The notes under the pieces were generated by a model that was given only the letters and a program-made list of their open reading frames with translations, was not told where the DNA came from and did not search any database. From Candidatus Limnocylindria bacterium (GTDB taxonomy: Bacteria > Chloroflexota > Limnocylindria > P2-11E): DNA of 64,000 nucleotides. How positions within the stretch are numbered: the stretch's first letter is position 1; every line of letters begins with the position of its first letter. The stretch spans positions 322-64,321 of the forward strand of contig JBOGTG010000148.1 in the NCBI GenBank assembly GCA_050692175.1, written 5' to 3'. This document shows, piece by piece, positions 58,661 to 64,000 of the stretch. The position numbers were made by a program, and so were the translations under genes.

Positions 58661-59776
58661 CTAGCGCACGCTCCTCTTACGAATGACCTCGGCGTAGAGT
58701 TCAACCAGCTGCGCCGTGACGTGGGACCAGTCGTATTCAGGCGCGCGTCGTGCCCCGGCCTGGCCCAGGCGGTCGCGCAGGGCGGGCTCGCAGAGCAGCC
58801 GTTCAAGCGCGCCCGCGATGGCGTCGGGATCCTTCGGCTCGACGAGGAGCCCGGTGACATTTCGCTGTACGACACGCTTGTACCCGTGGATGTCGCTCGC
58901 CACGACCGGTAACCCCGCCGCCATGGCCTCGAGGAGCACGATTCCGAAAGACTCCTGACCAGTCGACGGCGCGCAGAAGATGTGCGCCGTTCTGTAGAAG
59001 CGCGCCTTATCCACCTCCGAGACCCGGCCGGCGAAGAGCACGTCCTCGAGGCGGTTGTCCCGGACGAAGCGGCGGAGGCGCCCGAGAAGCGGGCCGACGC
59101 TGCAGAGGATGAGCCGGAGCTCGGGGTGCGTCGGCTTCAGCTTCGCATAGGCCTCCGCGAGATACATCGCGCCTTTTCGAGGCTCGAGGCGGCCGACGAA
59201 GAGGATGTTGATCTTGCCGTCCTGGTACTCGGGAAAGGGCTTGGCGCTCGAGTAGAACTGGACGTCGACCCCGTTCGGGATGATCTTGTAGTCGCCCGGG
59301 AAATACGTCGAGATGAAATGGCGTGCTGCGCTCGAGACCGCGATCCGCGCGTCGAGCTTGTTCAGATAGCGATTGCCAATCGGCCGGCCGGCCCAGTAGG
59401 AGAAGGAGAAACCGCCGAAGGCGTGGAACGTCGCCACCTGCGGGCATTTGGCCGAGTCGAGGATCTGCATCGAAAGGAATGGGACGAGCGGCTCGTGGTG
59501 GTGGATGATGTCGAACCGCTCGCGCTCCAGCATCCGTGAGACGAGCCACTCGAGGCGGAGCGACAACGTGATCCGTCCGATCGCGCCGTTGTACGGGACC
59601 GCGATCGCCTGGCCGACCTGGATCACGTCCTGCGCCGGCGGGTCGTCCCCCCACGGTGCCGTGATGATCCGGACGTCGTGTCCCAGACGGCGCAGCTCCG
59701 AGTAGCTCTCGCGGATGTATGAGTTGGCGCCACCCGGTCGCGGGTACGCGTAGGGCGAGACGATCCCGACTTTCAC
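58661..59776 (-). CDS. pimA: GT4 phosphatidylinositol alpha-mannosyltransferase (PimA-like)
   Basis: It resembles mycobacterial PimA along most of its length as I recall that sequence (VKVGIVSPYAYPRPGGANSY, IHHHEP, IPNGVDV, FVGRLEPRKG, ESFGIVLLEAMAAGLPVVASD). GTG 59776 overlaps the PHP gene stop (GTGA). Confidence 0.85.
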   Translation of the reverse strand: MKVGIVSPYAYPRPGGANSYIRESYSELRRLGHDVRIITAPWGDDPPAQDVIQVGQAIAVPYNGAIGRITLSLRLEWLVSRMLERERFDIIHHHEPLVPFLSMQILDSAKCPQVATFHAFGGFSFSYWAGRPIGNRYLNKLDARIAVSSAARHFISTYFPGDYKIIPNGVDVQFYSSAKPFPEYQDGKINILFVGRLEPRKGAMYLAEAYAKLKPTHPELRLILCSVGPLLGRLRRFVRDNRLEDVLFAGRVSEVDKARFYRTAHIFCAPSTGQESFGIVLLEAMAAGLPVVASDIHGYKRVVQRNVTGLLVEPKDPDAIAGALERLLCEPALRDRLGQAGARRAPEYDWSHVTAQLVELYAEVIRKRSVR

Positions 59777-60516
59777 GATTTCTTCCTGCCGCCCCCCGAG
59801 CGAGCCATTCTGCGACCAGCGCGCTTCAGGGGGTCGCGGACCATCGACCGCCACTGCTGCGTGGCGACCCCGTCGAGGTGCTCGCGGAGCGTCCAACCGC
59901 GTCCATCCGCGGTGGTCGCCCGGTCTCGTAGAGCGCCACGGAGCTCCTCCGACGTGCTTCCGGGAAACTCGGTCCAACAGGTCCCGACCAGCGCGGCGTG
60001 GTGCGCGTCGCTCGAGCCGGTCTCTGCGATCCGCAGCACATGTGAGTTGAGCCACGCCGCGCGCGACGCGCGGACGCGTCCGGCGTACGAGGGGTTGCGC
60101 AGCTCGATCGCGTCGACCATCCGGGCGTCGTCTCCATACGCCGCGAGCTGCCGCAGGGCGCCCTCGCCGATGGAGAACGTGAGGTACGAGAGGGGGTGCG
60201 GCACGATCGCCACGCCGCCGGCCTTGTGGATCCGCGTGAGCGCGTCGCTGAGCGAGCAGAACATGGGGACCTCGTCCTCGATCCAGAGTGCGAGAAGGTG
60301 ACCCGATCGTGTCGTGATCTCGACACCCGGAACGACCTCGACCGGGCTCGAACGCCGCGCCGCGAGCTCGCGCAGGGCGAAGGCACCGCGGATGTCGTCG
60401 TGATCGGTGAGCGCGATCACGTCGAGGCTGCCCCGCTCGGCGGAGTCGAGGATCTCCTCGATCGAAGAGAGTCCGTCGCCCAGGTCGCTGTGGAGCTGCA
60501 GATCCGCCTTACCCAT
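59773..60516 (-). CDS. PHP-domain metal-dependent phosphoesterase
   Basis: DLQLHSDLGDG, VIALTDHD, VPHP and SDAHH, the His/Asp motif series of the PHP fold (COG0613-like). Confidence 0.8.
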   Translation of the reverse strand: MGKADLQLHSDLGDGLSSIEEILDSAERGSLDVIALTDHDDIRGAFALRELAARRSSPVEVVPGVEITTRSGHLLALWIEDEVPMFCSLSDALTRIHKAGGVAIVPHPLSYLTFSIGEGALRQLAAYGDDARMVDAIELRNPSYAGRVRASRAAWLNSHVLRIAETGSSDAHHAALVGTCWTEFPGSTSEELRGALRDRATTADGRGWTLREHLDGVATQQWRSMVRDPLKRAGRRMARSGGGRKKS

Positions 60517-60522
60517 GTTTGC

Positions 60523-61377
60523 TCAAGCAGCTCGGCCCGGTGGCTGGCCCCACACCGGCTCGAAGACCGTCCACTGCTCGGGATGCTCCCGGATGTAGCG
60601 CTCGAGGAGCGCGGCGAACTGCCGGACGCCCGCGCGCACGTCGGCTTCGCGGTTACCCGTCGATACGAGCTTCAGCGGCTCTTCCACCCGCGCCACGAGC
60701 GAACCCTTCTCGCGCCACGCGAAGGCCGGAAGGAGGGCGGCTCCGGTGCGCAGCGCCAGGGCGACGTGCGCCGACGGGAGCAGAGCGGACCGTCCGAAAA
60801 ACTCGACCCTCTCGCCGATGCCCGTGACCGCGCGGTCCGCGAGGATGCCGAGCGCACCACCCTCGCGAATCACCCGGTGGATGCCGAGCGCCGAGTCCAT
60901 CGGCACGAGCCGCATCCCCTGGGCCTGCCGCGCCCGGTTCACGGCGTGCATGAGCTCGGAGCTCATCTTCTCAGCCGGAAGCGTGAGGGTGTAGCCGCGC
61001 GCCAGGAGGATCTGCCCGACCAGCGCGACGGGCCCGAGGTGCGCGCTGCCGAAGATCACTCCTTTGCCAAGACCGTGCGCACACAGGAAGTGATCCCAGC
61101 CTTCGACGCGCACGATCGCATCGAAGCGCGCCCGGTCGAGCCTCACGATCTGGAACACCTCGAGGTACTGACGGACCTGATTCACGAACACGCGGCGGGC
61201 GCTCAGAGAGCGTTCTGGCGCGATGATCGCCAGGTTCGCGCGGACGGCGGCACGGCCGCGAGGCGCCGCGAGATAGGCCATCGTGCCGACGGCCTCGGAG
61301 ATCGGCCCCTGCCACCCTGGCGGCACTCTCGGCAGGACCCGCTCCGCCGCGATCGCGAGCGCCCGCGCAGCGCCCAT
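60523..61377 (-). CDS. LpxL/HtrB/PatA-family acyltransferase, paralog B (divergent catalytic motif)
   Basis: Family-wide similarity (VEGWDHF, GKGVIFGSAHLGP, HPEQWTVFEPVW). The HxGNW(D/E) position reads HLGPVA. Confidence 0.75.
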   Translation of the reverse strand: MGAARALAIAAERVLPRVPPGWQGPISEAVGTMAYLAAPRGRAAVRANLAIIAPERSLSARRVFVNQVRQYLEVFQIVRLDRARFDAIVRVEGWDHFLCAHGLGKGVIFGSAHLGPVALVGQILLARGYTLTLPAEKMSSELMHAVNRARQAQGMRLVPMDSALGIHRVIREGGALGILADRAVTGIGERVEFFGRSALLPSAHVALALRTGAALLPAFAWREKGSLVARVEEPLKLVSTGNREADVRAGVRQFAALLERYIREHPEQWTVFEPVWGQPPGRAA

Positions 61378-61380
61378 GCG

Positions 61381-62289
61381 CTAAGCGGTGCCTTCGGGCC
61401 GGGTCCACATGGGACGGAAGATGTACCACTGATCGGGATCGCCGCGGACGAGCTGCTCGAGGTCGTGAACGATGGCCTGCGTCGTGTGCTCGATGTCATG
61501 GGCAGCCTGCTTCGTCCGCTCAACGAAGATCGGCGGCAACGCGACGCCGCGGAACGTGTTGTCGCGCTCGCGGGTCACGGCGGCGACGACGATCGGGGCC
61601 CCCGAGACCCGGGCGAGGTTCGCCGCGATCGTCGGAAAGGCCGTGAGCTCGCCGAAGAACATGACCTCGACGTTATCGAGCTCTTTAGCGCGGGGCCCGA
61701 GATCCATCATGAGTCCGACCATCTCGTTGCGGCGTAGAGCCTGGAGCACCTGACGGACCGCGCCTTCGGGCGGCAGGAGCTTCACGTTCTTGTGCGCGCG
61801 GTTTGCGACGAGCAGATCCATCAGCCGCTGGTTCTCGAGGTCGTCCGCGATCACGTTGAGCGGCATCTCGTCCGCGATGCGGGCTCCGCCGATCTCGAAG
61901 TTGCCGAAGTGCATCGATACGAAGATCAGGCCGCGCCCGTGATCCCGCGCCGCTCGGAAATACGACCACGAGCGCGGATCAACCGAGACGAGCCGCTCGA
62001 AGTCCTCGGCCTTGAGGCTGGGGAACCGCATGATCTCGACGAGGTACTTGGCGAAGTTGCGAAACGAACGCCGCGCCACGCGCGCGACGTCGCGGTGGCC
62101 GCTCGGCAGTGCGAGGACGATCGCGAAGTTCTCCTTGGCGATCCGCCTGCGCGCGCCCCAAACCAGGTACGCGACCTCGCCACCGATCACCGCGGCGGGA
62201 TATGTGATCCACGACGGCAGGCGCTGAGCGAGCGAGGCGCCGGCTCGCCATCCCCAGAACGCGGACCCGTTGAAGATGCGGTCGAGCAC
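61381..62289 (-). CDS. LpxL/HtrB/PatA-family acyltransferase, paralog A (canonical motif)
   Basis: GRGLIFVSMHFGNFEIGG (HxGNxE) and DPDQWYIFRPMW. GTG 62289 lies 2 nt after the ino1 stop. The rest of the 404-aa track ORF overlaps ino1. Confidence 0.75.
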   Translation of the reverse strand: MLDRIFNGSAFWGWRAGASLAQRLPSWITYPAAVIGGEVAYLVWGARRRIAKENFAIVLALPSGHRDVARVARRSFRNFAKYLVEIMRFPSLKAEDFERLVSVDPRSWSYFRAARDHGRGLIFVSMHFGNFEIGGARIADEMPLNVIADDLENQRLMDLLVANRAHKNVKLLPPEGAVRQVLQALRRNEMVGLMMDLGPRAKELDNVEVMFFGELTAFPTIAANLARVSGAPIVVAAVTRERDNTFRGVALPPIFVERTKQAAHDIEHTTQAIVHDLEQLVRGDPDQWYIFRPMWTRPEGTA

Positions 62290-62291
62290 CT

Positions 62292-63437
62292 CTACGCGGC
62301 CCCGCCGAGCGTCTGCTGACCGGAGCGTCCCTTGATGTATTCCTCCACGCCTTCGCGCGCCCTGTCGTCGGGGATCTGGCGCGGCGGCGACTTCATGAAG
62401 TACGCCGACGGCGCCACGATCGTGCCCCCGAGGCCTCGATCGAGCGCGAGCTTGCAGCAGCGTATTGCGTCGATGACCACGCCGGCGCTGTTCGGCGAAT
62501 CCCAGACCTCGAGCTTGACCTCCGCGTTGAGCGGGACGTCGCCAAACGTGGTCCCCTCCATGCGGATGTAGCACCACTTGCGGTCGAGGAGCCACGGAAC
62601 GTAATCGGAAGGTCCGACGTGGACATCCTTCTCGTCCAGCGGGTAGTCCAGCATGCTCGTCACCGCATTGGTCTTGCTGATCTTTTTCGACTCCAGGCGC
62701 TCGCGCTCGAGCATGTTGAGGAAGTCGGTGTTGCCGCCGAAGTTGAGCTGATACGTTCGATCGAGGCGCACGCCGCGATCCATGAAGAGCCGCGTGAGCA
62801 CGCGATGCGTGATCGTGGCCCCGACCTGCGACTTGATGTCATCGCCGATGATCGGCAGGTTCTTCTGGGCGAAGCGTTTCTGCCAGTACGGTTCCCGCGC
62901 GATGAACACCGGGATGCAGTTGATGAACGCACAGCCCGCCTCGAGCGTCTGCTCGACGTACCACTTCGTCGCCTCTTCGCTTCCCACGGGCAGGTAGCTG
63001 ACGACGACGTCGACCTCCCGATCGCGGAGTATCCCGACGATGTCGTCGGTGGCGCCGGGTGCCTTCTTCACGATCTCCGAGAGGTACTTGCCGATCCCGT
63101 CGTGGGTCATGCCTCGCGAGACCTTGACCCCGGTGCGCGGGACGTCCGCGAAGCGATAGGTGTTGTTCGGCGCCTGATAGATCGCGTCGGCGAGGTCTTT
63201 GCCGACCTTGTTCCGGTCCACGTCGATCGCGGCGACGATGTCCACGTCGCGGATGTGATAGCCACCGAGGTCGACGTGCATGATCCCGGGGATCCGGTCG
63301 CCCGGCTTGGCGTTGCGGTAGTAGTGAATGCCTTGCACGAGCGAGCTCGCGCAGTTGCCGACGCCGATGATCGCGACGCGGATCCTCTTGTTGCGTCGCG
63401 CCGAGGAGGGTTTCTTTCTCTTCTTCGTGGTCGCCAT
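62292..63437 (-). CDS. ino1: myo-inositol-1-phosphate synthase
   Basis: [20 protein letters not shown] (NAD site) and [14 protein letters not shown]. About 380 aa, the short bacterial/archaeal form. Confidence 0.92.
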   Translation of the reverse strand: MATTKKRKKPSSARRNKRIRVAIIGVGNCASSLVQGIHYYRNAKPGDRIPGIMHVDLGGYHIRDVDIVAAIDVDRNKVGKDLADAIYQAPNNTYRFADVPRTGVKVSRGMTHDGIGKYLSEIVKKAPGATDDIVGILRDREVDVVVSYLPVGSEEATKWYVEQTLEAGCAFINCIPVFIAREPYWQKRFAQKNLPIIGDDIKSQVGATITHRVLTRLFMDRGVRLDRTYQLNFGGNTDFLNMLERERLESKKISKTNAVTSMLDYPLDEKDVHVGPSDYVPWLLDRKWCYIRMEGTTFGDVPLNAEVKLEVWDSPNSAGVVIDAIRCCKLALDRGLGGTIVAPSAYFMKSPPRQIPDDRAREGVEEYIKGRSGQQTLGGAA

Positions 63438-63449
63438 GTTTTCGGATCT

Positions 63450-64000
63450 CTACCTTTCTTTGATCGAGAGTTGGCGGCCCACGTGGACCACCCGCACTAC
63501 GAAAGTGAGCGAGGAGAGGAGCGCAAGCGCGAGGACCGCGGCGACGAACAGAACTTGAAGATTGAGAAGGGCCCAGGCCGCGAGGCCGATCAGGAAGATG
63601 ACGATGCGCGCCTCACGGGGCGCCGGGCCGACGCTCGCGCCAACGCCGAGGGATTCGGCTTTCGCGCGCACGTACGGGACGAGGAACGAGGCGACCAGCG
63701 CGACGAGCGATGACCAGAGGAGAGCCGGCTGGCCGAGGTTGGCGCCCGACGCCGCCGCGCCCACGAAGAGCGCGCCGTCGGCTATCCGGTCGACTGTGGA
63801 ATCGAGGAATGCCCCGAAGGGGGTCCCGCCGCCCGAAGCCTTCGCGATCTGCCCATCGAGGGTATCGGCGATCGTTCCGATCAGTAGGACCACCAGCGCC
63901 GGCAGCGGCATACCCGCCGCGAGCAACCCCGCGCCGACGACTGTCAGCATCCCGCCCGCGATGGTCACCGCGTTCGCCGAAATACCCATCCCGGCAAGCG
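63450..64000 (-). CDS. pgsA1: CDP-alcohol phosphatidyltransferase (phosphatidylinositol-phosphate synthase-like), 5' end probably beyond the window
   Basis: The motif DTLDGQIAKASGGGTPFGAFLDSTVDRIAD matches D(x)2DG(x)2AR..G(x)3D(x)3D. It lies directly upstream of ino1. The frame is still open at the window edge. Confidence 0.8.
   Translation of the reverse strand, partial: LAGMGISANAVTIAGGMLTVVGAGLLAAGMPLPALVVLLIGTIADTLDGQIAKASGGGTPFGAFLDSTVDRIADGALFVGAAASGANLGQPALLWSSLVALVASFLVPYVRAKAESLGVGASVGPAPREARIVIFLIGLAAWALLNLQVLFVAAVLALALLSSLTFVVRVVHVGRQLSIKER

Overview
This is a visibly GC-rich bacterial chromosomal window centred on the replication origin. I saw no rRNA, transposase, phage gene or CRISPR array. 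Minus-strand left arm: a comEA-like fragment, a small hypothetical gene, leuS, tRNA-Ala(GGC) and rodA-mrdA-mreD. A plus-strand block follows: parS, parA, parB, gyrB, a hotdog thioesterase, gyrA, ftsE, ftsX, a coiled-coil M23 peptidase, a small structured low-GC transcription unit, and smpB. Next come MFS/MarR, a zinc-ribbon gene, a VOC gene, a TAG-interrupted DUF3137-like gene, tmRNA, an SGNH lipoprotein and a second MFS gene. The classic jag-yidC-yidD-rnpA-rpmH string (minus) then faces dnaA-dnaN-recF-dciA (plus). A DnaA-box cluster between dnaA and dnaN is the predicted oriC. Right arm: a pseudo-PP2C/beta-propeller membrane protein, rhomboid, bifunctional nuclease and lysA, followed by a glycosylation cluster of one GT2 and two GT-C genes. 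After that come PP2C and a PASTA kinase, opcA-zwf-gnd facing tkt, lemA with an htpX-like gene and a propeller protein, a CoA-transferase with a crotonase, and an ABC importer lacking ATPase genes. The window ends with a phosphatidylinositol-mannoside operon (PIP synthase, ino1, two acyltransferases, PHP, pimA). Most notable observations: (1) a 157-aa mini-intein in GyrA at a site different from the classical mycobacterial one; (2) a 1254-aa protein fusing two GT-C glycosyltransferase modules with an inserted beta-propeller-like domain; (3) a PIM operon that adds ino1, a second divergent acyltransferase and a PHP phosphoesterase, a candidate for the missing PIP phosphatase; (4) a promoter-to-terminator low-GC unit upstream of smpB with a 14-nt anti-16S match and nested hairpins; (5) three genes whose conserved N-termini point to CTG initiation, with zwf having no canonical alternative; (6) G-tract tandem repeats bracketing the gnd/tkt module. 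All calls come from reading the sequence and translations. No database searches were run.
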